This document shows, in pieces, positions 51,101 through 62,676 of a stretch of DNA of 64,000 nucleotides (positions are counted from its first letter, which is position 1; each line of letters opens with the position of its first letter). This DNA comes from Saccostrea cucullata (taxonomy: Eukaryota): the NCBI RefSeq assembly GCF_032062105.1, contig NW_026936265.1:496001-560000 (forward strand), in the 5' to 3' direction. The notes below the pieces were generated by a model, which did no database searches, was not told where the DNA came from, and worked only from the letters and a program-made list of their open reading frames with translations. Both the position numbers and the translations under genes were made by a program.

Positions 51101-54100
51101 AATGGGTTCCACCTGTAGGACTGTTCATGTTGTGTCACATTGAAAAAGGGACAGAACTCATATCTGTATCTGAAATATAAATATTTATATAGCATATTCA
51201 TCTATTTTCCTTTTATCATCCTGTTTAATACTAAACTCAATATAAGGTGTTCTATATGTTCTATGTAAAGAATATATACCAGTAACTTTAATAACAAATT
51301 TGTTTTAAATATAATTTAGGAAAATTAATTATTTCAGGACATGTACATTTAAAATTAGTCAGATTAAAGATTGGAGGAAAAAATGGAAAAACAAAATTAC
51401 TAGTCTTGCATACAAATTAAGCTGTTTATAGTAGTAGGTGCATGTATATAATTAAACTCAATATCAAACTCACTCATTCATCTCTTTAGAGAAGCATCTT
51501 CCATACAGTCTCTTTAGATGTACAGGGCCTGTAAAATTACTGGGCTTTATCCTCATCTTCAGTTTCTTGTCATCGGTTGTGTGACTGGCAAAATTATAAC
51601 TGTTTAGCCTGTAAAAACATAGGTAATCAGAGATTACAGAGCTCACCTCAACGAATGTTGTCTTTAAGTAAGGCAAATTAAGTCACACAATTAACCAACA
51701 AAAAGTGTACATCCAAAAATGCAAAATTTATGCAATTTTAATACTTTTGAATAGACCTATATAAAAACTTAAATCTAGTTCTTCATCATGAAAATGTAAT
51801 TAAAATCCAGCATCTGAAGCAAGATTGAGAGTTTTCATCCCTTGATGCATCATTTGTGCAACTTTGGTTTATATAAGCCTTATAGTTTCTTGGTGATAGA
51901 CCTGCACCCATAACTTTTACGAGGTCTATTATCTGGAAAATGTATGTCGAATTCAGCATCTGAAGCAAGTCCATTAGTGTGCATCCTAAGATGTATCATC
52001 CATGCAAGTTTGTTCAACATAGAGCTCAAAGTTACTTGGAAATGAAACCTGTATAAAAAACTAACCTTTTCACTTATCCGGAAAATGTAGGTCAGATTCA
52101 GCTTCTGAAGCCAGCCTAGTAGAATGCAACCTTAGATGTACCATCCATGCAAGTTTGGTCATTATAGGGCTCAAAGTTACTTGGAAATGAATCCTGCACC
52201 ATAAACTTTAACCTGTTTACTCGTCCAGAAAATGTAGGTCAGATTCAGCATCCGAAGCAAGTCTGGTAGTATGCATCCTAAGATGTACCATCCATGCAAG
52301 TTTAGTCATTATAGGGTTCATAGTACCTTCAGTGGAAATGAAACCTGCACCAAAAATTTTAACCTGTTCACTCAACCGGAAAATGTAGGTCAGATTCAGC
52401 ATCCGAAGCAAGTCTTGTAATATGCATCCTAAGATGTACCATCCATGCAAGTTTGGTCATTATATGTCTCATAGTAACTTGGAAATGAAACCTGCACCAA
52501 AAACTTTAACCTGTTCACTCACCAGAAAATGTAGGTCACATTCAGCATCCGAAGCAAGACTGGTAGTATGCATCCTAAGATGTACCATCCATGCAAGTTT
52601 GGTCATTATATTGTCTCATAGAAACTTGGAAATGAAACCTGCACCAAAAACTTTAACCTGTTCACTCAACCGGAAAATGTAGGTATTCAGCATTCGAAGC
52701 AAGTCTGGTAGAATGCATCCTAAGATGTACCATCCATGCAAGTTTGGTCATTATAGGGATCATAGTATCTTCAAAATGAAACCTGCACCAAAAACTTTAA
52801 CCTGTTCACTCAACCGGAAAATGTAGGTCAGATTCAGCATCCGAAGCAAGTCTGGTAGTATGCATCCTAAGATGTACCATCCATGTAAGTTTGGTCAACA
52901 TAGGGCTTATAGTTACTCGGAAATGAGACCTACACCAAAAACTGCACCAAAAATGTTAACCTGCACCAAAAACATTAACCTGGTCATTCCTTTGCTGAAA
53001 TTGCAGCATCTGAAACTTTGACTGGTACAAGGAAACACACTAGAAACATCTTCCATGCATGTCTAATCAACATAGGACATAGAAGTACTTGAAAAGAAAA
53101 CTGCTCCAAAAAACTTAACCTTAACCCGGGACGCCGATGCCGACGCCGAGGGTATCACATAAGCTCCCCCCAACTTCGTTGAGGTGAGCTAAAAAGTGGT
53201 AACATCAGGAAAAGTTTATATAAAAATACAGTTTAGAGACTAACACACTAACCATACCTCTCACAAGAAATATAAGAAAAAAATTAAATCATGTTCAAAA
53301 TATTGACTATATAGCTATGGTGTTCAATACTGTCTCATATTAAGGCATTCGGATCAAATTAATTGCCTGAGAGTGCAGGCCTGTAGGAAGCAACAATGGC
53401 AAAACATAAATCTCCCAACTGGGAGCCTGTAATTCAATTTTAACAGAGTAGGAGAAAAATGTGACAGATCAGACTGGGTTTCTAACCCAGGTCCCTAAAT
53501 GTTCAGTCAGGTAGTCTATAAACTAAGCTAATCTGGCAACATCTGCTTACGAGTCGCCGGTAAAACTCAGTTTGCGACCGTTAAATCAGCATTAACGGTC
53601 GCAAATACCAAATAAGATAGTTATTCCCTAAATTAAGAGAATGCACGACGGCGCAGCTTGTATCCAGATAACTGTGTTTAAAAGGCAAATACTTTATAAA
53701 TTGTTTGTGATTTATAAGAAAAAAGGTAAAATGATCAGGTATACTGATTTTATAGCTGTGAGTTTTTATTTACTGAAGACAACAAGCCGCAACCTTATGT
53801 AAGCCAAGATTTCCTCTGACAACATCAGAGAATGCAAATATAAGTAATAAACAACGATTATTCAGTGAACATGGCATTATGAATAGCAATAGCTCTGCTG
53901 GCATATTTTCCATGATGCACTAGCGAGCATCATGGAATATGCCAGCAGAGCAATTGCTATTCATAATGCCATGTTCACTGAATAACGTTGTTTATTTCTT
54001 AAATAATTGCAGGGATGTTTGCAAACCAATTTTCATAACATGCAAACACTCGTTACTTTATTTGTTTGCACACACCAATGACAGCATGTATGAGAGTACT

Positions 54101-55977
54101 CAGAGTACTGGACAGGTACATTTTTCATACAATAATAATCCAATGCTTAAATTAATATTTAAAACAAGATGTGTTTGTGAAACACTGATGCCCCCGTATG
54201 GCAGCTTATGGCGACATTGAATTTTCTCGAAAGAAAAGCACATCAAACTCCAAATGTCAAGGTCAGAAGTGTTGGTACCCAATTGAAGGATTGTTACAAG
54301 AGATACACCTATGAAATATGAAAGCCTTAGTTTTAACTATGTTTTTAAATATGAGTCTAACTCTAAGGATAAAAATATTTATACCCACTGAAAGGTCTTG
54401 TGACACAATGAATATACATGTGACAGTCTATGCGAAAGTCACCGGACCGTCTGTTTTTACTGGTAAAATTTAGGTCGGGTCGGTAAAAAATTTCAGTATA
54501 CAGGACCAGATGTCCGATAAAAAAATAAGGCCAAATAAATCTAAATTAAGAGGTACACATGGTCCAATTCCCCACAAATATCCTTTATTTGACCAATTTA
54601 GCAGTAATACCTGATTAATTTTTATGTATTACAACCCTGTCATGATCGTTTTTATATCTAATTCGAATTTCCTCTGTCAGGGGTTAAGAGATCCATAGAT
54701 AGCTCATACGTAGATTTGGTTGGGAAAATATTTAGATAGCTTTGTATAATTGGGTTGGGAAGTTATTTTCAAATGATCACTGAACTTGAGTAACCATAAT
54801 GAGTTGTTTCAGGAAAAATAAATATGAATTGAAAGTGCATATTAAATTTAAGAAAATCTTTGATACAGTGTATGTTGTATACATGCAAGTCAAATATGAA
54901 GAAAAAAATGCATGCAATATTGCATAAATTGAGAACTTTTACAAAGGAAAATTATAAATAGTTAACTTGTCCATTTCACTCTGAATTTATTCAAGGATAA
55001 ATTTCAAAATGAAAATTAACCCAATCCCACCCACCCTCTCAATTTCAGTATCATAATGATGTATGGATTTAAAGGAAAAAAGTCGGTCTGGTAAGAAATT
55101 GCTTGGTCTGGTAAAAATTTTATTTTTACCAGACATTTTGTCCTGTAAATATTTTAAACTTTCGCGTAGACTGATGTGAAGTATAAAAGCCCTTGGTATC
55201 CAACTTCTGACTTCAAAAGTTATGGCCAAGGTTAAAGTATATTTTGTAAAAGTAGGTCAAACTCCAAGGTCATGGTCAAGAAGTCAAATTTGGTGGTACC
55301 CAAAGAAAAGTCTTGTCACAAGGAATACACCTGTGAATATGAAAGCCATAGCCCCATCCACTCAAAAGTTATGGGCAAGATTATGTTTTTGCAGACAAAC
55401 AGACAGACAGATGGACAGACAGGGCAAAAACTGAACTTTGTTTACGGGATCATAAAAATAAATTGTTATCGCCATTTGTTTACCTCTTATTGACATGCAT
55501 GTTTTAAAAGTAACAATTAATCAGAGAACATACCCGTAACTTGAAGGCTCCTCCACAATTTTCATGCTAACCATTTCTGAAACTATTATGCAACAATAGT
55601 CAGACAGTAACAAATCATTAACATATCCTGAAATATGTTTTCTGCTAAATTCTTATCAAGGTAAACAGAGCAGTTTAAAGGAATTTTCAGGAATATATCA
55701 CTTCTGAATAAGTTACGTGTGATTCGCCAATATTTAAATATAGGTTATTAAAAAATACGATGACTTCTTAGTTCTTACGATTACAAAAGCACTTTGATTG
55801 ATAAATTTAAACGGAGGAAATTCTAGTTAAAACGTAACCGCGTTCAAAAGACTATATTGTAGAAAAGCATTCATATATACCCGCAGTTTTAAAAATCAGC
55901 AAAAGAAAGAACGGTAGAATTAATATGCATTGACAAACAGCACATATATCATGCATGTGATTGCTTCGTCGAGGCAT
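48132..55977 (-). CDS. GNPTG: N-acetylglucosamine-1-phosphotransferase subunit gamma, ~327 aa, 9 coding exons
   Basis: Exons (high to low): 55881-55977, 55534-55576, 51474-51608, 51086-51169, 50842-50935, 50497-50694, 49547-49702, 48558-48624, 48132-48241; the sum is 984 nt. Peptides [85 protein letters not shown] and IFEKAGY match the GNPTG MRH domain and C-terminus. Exon 1 (signal peptide [15 protein letters not shown]) and the exact ATG are inferred. Confidence 0.92.
48314..48551 (+). mobile_element. 5'-truncated copy of the tRNA-derived SINE in the last GNPTG intron
   Basis: tttgaatccc..gtggagaccagtccttctgatgagacagtataaaccgaagtcccgtgtcg..aatggccctaagtgc..(caaa)n tail. Confidence 0.8.
48750..49326. 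mobile_element. Probable MITE with inverted subterminal cattaccgctacatt repeats
   Basis: cattaccgctacatt-like motifs at 48760-48890 and their reverse complements aatgtagcggtaatg at 49190-49310. The termini are uncertain. Confidence 0.5.
51617..53195 (+). mobile_element. HINE with ~141-bp tandem array (about 8 units, 51780-52940)
   Basis: Unit ggaaaatgtaggtcagattcagcatccgaagcaagtctggtagtatgcatcctaagatgtaccatccatgcaagtttggtc..ggaaatgaaacctgcaccaaaaactttaacctg. End has (gacgcc)n and the agctc..cttcgttgaggtgagctaaaa hairpin. Confidence 0.85.
53441..53540 (-). mobile_element. Degraded solo copy of the tRNA-containing repeat seen at 47400
   Basis: Reverse complement gccagattagcttagtttatagactacctgactgaacatttagggacctgggttagaaacccagtctgatc..catttttctcct..gttaa. 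Confidence 0.5.
53841..54001. repeat. ~160-bp near-perfect palindrome (fold-back element)
   Basis: aataaacaacg.ttattcagtgaacatggcattatgaatagcaat.gctctgctggcata..ttccatgatgc-loop-gcatcatggaatatgccagcagagc.attgctattcataatgccatgttcactgaataacgttgtttatt. Confidence 0.9.
54161..55458 (+). mobile_element. HINE (same unit family as 45745-46325) interrupted by a MITE
   Basis: aaaacaagatgtgtttgtgaaacac start, caaggtca..gttatggccaaggttaaagt units, and (gaca)n. Confidence 0.7.
54424..55173. mobile_element. MITE, CAG..CTG ends, 6-bp TSD (hAT6-like)
   Basis: TIR cagtctatgcgaaagt / actttcgcgtagactg, with atgtga duplicated at 54418-54423 and 55174-55179. Confidence 0.85.
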
Positions 55978-56739
55978 CCTTCTTTAGGCTTCCAAGCAGA
56001 CATGCATATGCATTCATTGGCCAGTGAGTCACATGGTGTAGGGTGGTTTCGCGCCGATTACGTGTTCGCACTGAGTGGTATCGCGCCGAGTGGTTTCGCC
56101 CCATTTATCTACAGGTAAGGTATGGGTAGTATGTAGGCCTATACAGTATGGCTTCCCCCCGATTACCTGTTATTATATAACTTAGTAGCTTGTAATTAAT
56201 GAACCCAAAGCGTTAATGTCGTGTTATGTCGGATAATTATTCCATTTTGTATCTATTCTTATAGTGAGGCTATTTTAGCCAAATTATGACTATATTTGAA
56301 TAAATTTGATCGTCTAATTTGGAATAATTTAAGATGTTAAAATAAATATTTATTTCACAAATCTCGTTGACTTTTCAATGAAGGTTGTCATTGTTTTTCA
56401 TTTGATTTACAATTATATTAAATTATGTAGAACAAGGATTCTTCTGCATGAATTAAGACAATTATTCTTAAAGACTTCTCATTTCATTGCAATTACCTTT
56501 TCTTTATAATATCTTATTATATATAATAATCAAACGACTATCCGATGAGCGGTATCTTCAGTTATACAGTAGAAACCAATGGGGGCGAATCCACTCGGCG
56601 CGAACAAGTGATAGGAGCGAAACCACTCGGCGCGAACACGTAATCGGAGCGAAACCACCCGCATTCCGTCACATGACCTACAATATGGCTGCGCCCATTG
56701 GAAATGCTTGTTCTTATTGAAAACACGTACAATTGAAAA
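55978..56739. promoter_or_regulatory. Bidirectional GNPTG/TSR3 promoter region
   Basis: Lies between the divergent ATGs. Contains attgg (CCAAT, reverse) at ~56016 and ~56697, tgagtca 56025-56031, E-boxes gtcacatg 56028-56035 and gtcacatgac 56668-56677, and YY1-like aatatggctgc 56682-56692. Confidence 0.7.
56035..56666. mobile_element. MITE with 8-bp TSD inserted in the GNPTG/TSR3 promoter
   Basis: Inverted ends gggtggtttcgc.ccgattacgtgttcgc / gcgaacacgtaatcgg.gcgaaaccaccc, with TSD agtcacat (56027-56034) / cgtcacat (56667-56674). A solo left end recurs at 58264-58330. Confidence 0.85.
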
Positions 56740-59700
56740 ATGGGCAAAAGTAACAAACAAACTGGAGGAAAAAAGAAGTTTCACGATAGGAGACGACAGA
56801 GGGATGAGAAGTTTGATGTTGAAAAATGTAGCAGTAACATGGCAGCATGTCAAATTGGTGAGACAGCTCTAAATTTGTTGATGTTAATATAACATTTTTC
56901 CAGTCTAGAGTTAAAAGACGTCTGTACGGTGTAAATCCTTTTCTGACAATGATATGTTGCATATTTCAGATGTTAACCTGTAACATTTGCTTTTCCATCC
57001 TAGCTGCAGATCTGTAGCTCTCTTAAAAATATTTTGATAGACCGGAGAGCTACAGTGCCACCCATTGAAAAAACTGTATATTTAGGCCATAATAAATAAA
57101 TTGCTAGATTCTCATCCGACTTTTTTTAAAAATCGGGGCGGGCGGGCTGCTTTTATTTTATATTTTTTATTTTTTCAATTTTGCAGAATTTTTATTGACC
57201 TAGTCAGTCGGTGTAATTTTATCTATAAAACCAGAATAAAAGTCATAGTAAAGGTTCCATTAACTCTTACTATACATCATCACCAATCTTTTTCAACCAA
57301 TGACACTTGTTTAAAATATATATGCATGTATTACAGCAGTTACAATCTTTTCAGCTGTCAAAATCATGTTGACATTTGCGGGATTTAAAACGAAAGTAGA
57401 ATGGTATAGATGAATACCGATCCTGATCAGAATAAAGACGAAGAAAAACAGAAATAAAAAAATCGAGGCGGGGGTTTAAAATCGGGGCGGGCGGGGATAT
57501 ATCTAGGAATATTTTTATTATAGCCTTATTGCGCACAAAAAAGTGCGCTCGGTTCTTCATTAATTCTTTCAAATTCTTACCTCAATTGCAAATAAGGAAA
57601 GATTTCAAAAATTCCTTTATCTTCTAATAATCAAGTACTTCGTAGTTGACATCCGAACGAAGCATATTGGACCGTTTTTTGAAACCAAAATGGCAGTATT
57701 AAGCAAAATGTTCGATGATTACAATATCAGGGTCAGGAGGACTATTAACAACAATTATGAGAAAAGTTTGGTTGTGGAAACAGCGAAAGAATATGCTAAG
57801 GAACACACGGTTAGAAATATTTTGAGATTACATTTTTAAAAACATGGAGAAATAAATCGAGAACCGAGCGCACTTTTTTGTGCGCAATAAATATACAGTT
57901 TTTTCAATGGGTGGCACTCTAGCTCTCCTGTCTATCAATATATTTTTTTCAGAGAGCTACAGATCTGCAGCTATTTCCATCCATGAACTTGCAGGTTGAA
58001 ATCCTGCCTAGCCTATATGACTGATTGAGTGTGGGCTATATATGCACGTGTCTTCTGTTCAGGCAATAATTTATTAATCATCAAAGGAGGGAGGAATGAG
58101 GCTGTTAGACAGGGTTGATTCCTAGTGGCAGATAGCTTATAATCTGTAAAACATTGCCTGTGTAACACATGTAGTGCCTCATTATTGATTCAAATCCTTG
58201 TATATATGGTATTTTCTCAATTGTTTACATTTACTTCTATATTGACCACCAGTGAACTTGAACGGTAATGGGTGGGTTCGCCCCGATTACGTGTTCAAGC
58301 TGAATGTGTTTGCGCTGAGTGGTTTCGCCACTTGAACCTTAAAGTCCGCCCAGCAGGGGCAAATTAGGTATCAGAGGCCTGTTCTGAATAGACCCTTTTC
58401 CTATGACATATTTTGTCTAAGAGTTATTCCCCTTAGCCACCATATTGTAGGGCAACATTACATTCCCAGATCCCTTCATTATTCAACCAAGTTCAATTTG
58501 TTATACTGCCTATTGAGGTAAAGATAATGTTATTTTTCTTATGTATAAGTCATTCACTCTTTATATATAATTGTGGTATATAATTTTCTATTATATGAAA
58601 TTTTATACGTAATTGAATAAAAAGTGATTTACAGTATACGTTTGTTAAAGTCTCTATTAATTCATGATTATAAGATTGTGAATATTTTCCCCCATATATT
58701 TCTTGCATGCATGTTTAAAATTGGTTGCTCAAAGAGGTAAATTCACTACTTTGCCCTACAAGATGACGGCTAAGAGGAATAACTCCTAGGCAAAATATGT
58801 GGTTATATGTCACAGGAAAAGGGTCTATAGCATTAACATTTGCGAGCGCTTGTCAAAATTCTGTATAACTCCTAAAGAATTAATGTTAGCAAGCACTTGC
58901 TTTGTTGAACAGGCCTCAGATTTGGTGTTTTCAAGGGTTGATGTAAACATTATTGAAGAGAGGAATGCTCGCAGTAGTTGAACTAGCTGGTATATTTTCT
59001 GGTGGCTTAGTCGGTAGAGCATGTGGTAGACAGACATCTTGGCCATGACAGTTGACACCTCGGCCCTAACAGGACCTGGACGGCCCAAAATTATTGACAC
59101 GTTGGCCCATATAAAAGACACCTCGGCCCAAGCAAAATTTTTTGATAGAAAAAATTAATCTAGACTAGTGTCTGAATTTACATTATTGTGTAATTAGTTT
59201 GTCCTTCTGTCAAGTTTCTGATGATTAATTATTCTTCTTTCTAAAAATCAAATTAAGAAGGGGAGGGGACTATGATCATATCATTTTATTCACAGTATCT
59301 CTCTCTCTCTCATGGCAATGTGCAATGTAAATGCCAACAGAGACATATAAGAGAGGGACCCTCTCTTATAGATCTCTGATGCCAAGCAAATAGGCAATAC
59401 TTTATTTCATTAAAGTAGAAACATTCCTTTCCTATATGCATTTTTTCAGCATGAGAGATAGAAAGCGAGAATTTTAAAAAAATATCTGCATAAATTTTTT
59501 TAACGTATATTATGGTTGAAACCATTAATTAACTCATGACTGTTTTCATAAGAATCATTGGATACAATATTCAATGGGGCCTGCTTGTAATTAACCAAGG
59601 ACAATGCATCGGACACTCTAAAGAATATGCCGCGGATTTTGTTTGTTTAGCAATTAACTGATTGAACACCTTCATTATGTCTTCTCGTTCCCTAATTAAA

Positions 59701-62347
59701 GTTATGTTATATGCTTTGGGAAGTTTCTTTAGGCCTATAATTAAGAAAAAAATGATCTTTTTTTGGTTTATTTTTTTCCATAAATATTTTTTTAAATGTC
59801 GCAAATTCAGAAATCGGAAACATATGAAATATTTATCATTGAAATTCTAATTTGGACGAGGTGTCATAGATTGGCCGACCTGTCTTTGATCTTGGGCCGA
59901 CCTGTCAGAGCCAAGGTGTCATTGGGCTGAGGTGTCTGACATTCGAGCATGTACAGTGTGTGTAGAGTTAAGAAAGCTGCAGTCGAATCGTGACATGGTA
60001 CATGTACTTTCTTTTTTTCAGTTCCTGTTACAGTGTTATTACATGTATTGATTAGGTTACAGTAATTTACATATGTTGTGTTTTCCATGGCAAAGACAAA
60101 TAAAGAAGGGAGGAATTAAATGGTTTTGGATTTGGATTTCAGGATAAATGTTAGCTCAGTTGATAGAGCACCTGACTAGTTATGCAGTGATCATGTCAGT
60201 TTTATTTCTGAAAATTGCACAAGTACATGTAATGTTATGTAAAATTACTGGTATGTACAATTTAATACTTCAGTGACTTATTTTGAAATATTTTTATTAA
60301 CCTGCAACATAGTATTAAGTGGATTTATGTTAATTTGTTGTAGACAGTGATGAGGAATCTCCGTCCTATGCCCCTGAGAATTTCCCCTGTCCTTTAGGTA
60401 TGTGGGACTTAGAGCACTGTGATCCGAGGAAGTGCAGTGGTAGGAAGCTGGGACGGTTAGGGTACGTTAGAACCCTGAGGCTCCAGCAGAGGTTTAGTGG
60501 GCTGATACTGTCACCCATGGGAATCAAATGTGTGTCTCCAGAGGACAGGTGAATGTTGAAATAAAACATTGAAAATGTCACCTGAACTTGTAATGGAATT
60601 AAATACCACCTTGAAAAGAAGAGAATTTATTATTTATGTATATATTATCAATTAATTAGATATTTATATTTATAAAGGAAAGTCAGAGAAACTGCATTTG
60701 GAAGTAAAAATTATTTCTTTATTCCAAGCTTTTACAGGCATTTTAAGTTTATCCTGTTCTGACATGAAATAAGAAAAGAGCTAATTCCTAGAGCTGTTGT
60801 GACTCTATATAGTATATAATTATATATCGTTAACTTTTGTTATTAAGGGAAATTGTGGCTCAAAATGGAGTGGCAGTCATAGATTGTTCCTGGGCCCGTT
60901 TGGAGGACACCCCCTTCTCCAGAATGAGGGGAGGTCATCCACGACTGCTCCCCTACCTGGTGGCTACAAACCCCATCAACTACGGAAAGCCATGTAAACT
61001 GTCTTGTGTGGAGGCGTACGCTGCAGCATTTTATATCACAGGTTATTAAGATCAACAGTAACAGTTTTGCAATTTTCCTCTCCTCATGAAAATAATGAAC
61101 AGATGATAGCTGCATGGAAAGGTAAAGTTGATTTACTTTATTTTGAAGTGCTTACTAATAGTTGTAATACTAAATAGTAGGTTATACAGTACAAGCAATC
61201 CTTGTTCTCTCAAACTCAACAAGGTTGGGGAAAACTTTGGGATATTTAACAATTTCTGACTTGATTACACATATATCTTTGGTATTTCAGATATTGATAT
61301 CTGAGAAACAAAAGTTCATCTATATTTTGTATGGTTCATGCATGAACAGCTTTAGGGTCTCTGAGTTACAACCTTATGAATATATTACAATGGATATTGT
61401 AGGATACAAAGAACTTGGTGATATTTTGTTAAAGAAGTTCAAATGGGGGCACACCTTTTATGAAGTAAATCAAGAATTGCTGGAGAAATATGCTAAATGT
61501 AAAGATAGCACAGAGGTTGTGGCAGCACAGAAAGAGTACCTAGAGCAGTTAGAGGAAGAACACAGCCAACCAAAGCAAGGTAGAAACTTTAATTGTCAAG
61601 AAGTTTTTCCTGTCCTTCTGTGAAATACATGCAATATATAAAGTTCTGCAATTTAATACGTTCAAATTGGTACAAATTTGATTTAATACTGGATAAATAC
61701 ATACCTGTATATACTATTAAATAATAAATTGATGTGTTGGAGTTGGTAAAAATTGGAAATATTTCAAATGCAGAAAGATCAGGAAAAATTGGCTTCTTTT
61801 TCAAATGCATTTATTTACATAATCAATTATATATACTTTTCCCCCACAAGATCTGACAGACATTGATATGGATCTGGAATTCTGTAATCCCAACAGGAGG
61901 GTGGGGGAGATGCCACCTACAGACAGGTATGACACTACACAAGGCTGGAATTACACACCTTGATCTATCTCTTTATCATACAGTGACATACACTCTATAT
62001 GCTGCTGTTGTATACTGTATATGCTGCTATTGTATACTGTAGATGCTGCTATAGCAAATGCTGTGCAATGAACAGAATTATTACTCTTGAAGAAAATCAT
62101 TGAATTAAAGAGAATTTCTTCAGTAGAAAAATTTCATTTCAAAACATTTTTAATGTAACATTTCAGTTCAGAGGAGAGTGAAGAGGAGAGTGAAGAGGAA
62201 GAAGACAAGGATTCTGATGAAGACTGCAGTAAAGGTGATGATGCGTCGAGGGGCATGAAGGGGAGGGAATCCCCTGGATCACAGTCTCAAATGCCGCTAA
62301 AGACAGAATCTCCCCAAACTGACAATGACACAAACGAAACAGGTTAA
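56740..62347 (+). CDS. TSR3: 18S rRNA aminocarboxypropyltransferase TSR3, ~316 aa; exons 56740-56857, 60344-60548, 60848-61041, 61403-61579, 61851-61926, 62167-62347
   Basis: Peptides [77 protein letters not shown] and an acidic tail. Introns are GT-AG and the sum is 951 nt. aataaa at 62396. Confidence 0.95.
57001..57973. mobile_element. MITE with long TIR, TAG..CTA ends and 9-bp TSD (AcademH- or MULE-like)
   Basis: TIR tagctgcagatctgtagctctc.. of ~110 bp, and TSD tttccatcc at 56992-57000 and 57974-57982. Confidence 0.88.
57085..57525. mobile_element. PIF/Harbinger-like MITE (TTA TSD) nested in the left TIR of 57001-57973
   Basis: ggccataataaa / tttattatagcc ends with tta on both sides. Removing it restores ctgtatatttattgcgcacaaaa, the mirror of the right TIR. 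Confidence 0.8.
59025..59944. mobile_element. MITE with 8-bp TSD and gacacctcggccc subterminal repeats
   Basis: TSD gagcatgt at 59017-59024 and 59945-59952, with gacacctcggccc / gggccgaggtgtc-like repeats inverted at the two ends. Confidence 0.8.
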
Positions 62348-62676
62348 TGTCCAAAGTGAACATTTCTGTTTTTATGTAAATGTTATGTTTATGTAAATAA
62401 AATTTGTTGGTAACTTTGTATAGTTTTCACCTTCTTAATCCCCAGAATGATAAAAAACAGCTTTGATAAATGATGTACATGTTAGTACAGGAAATTATCT
62501 TTCGTAATGTAGTTGTAGTATAAATTAAAACTAGAAATACGTCAATAGGACATGGATGCCCCCAATATACTATTAGTAATTGTATATTAGTAATGCAACA
62601 TGAAAATTTGTATTAGTTTGTGAAGTTTGATAAGAATGTCTTGAATAGTTTCTTTAAAATTCAAATTGAAATTAAA

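Noticed and set aside
51780-52940. Regular repeats that could be mistaken for a CRISPR array or a repeat-protein ORF
   Set aside because: The units are contiguous 141-bp satellites with no unique spacers, lie inside a HINE in a eukaryotic intron, and have no cas genes nearby. The ORFs are short and broken.
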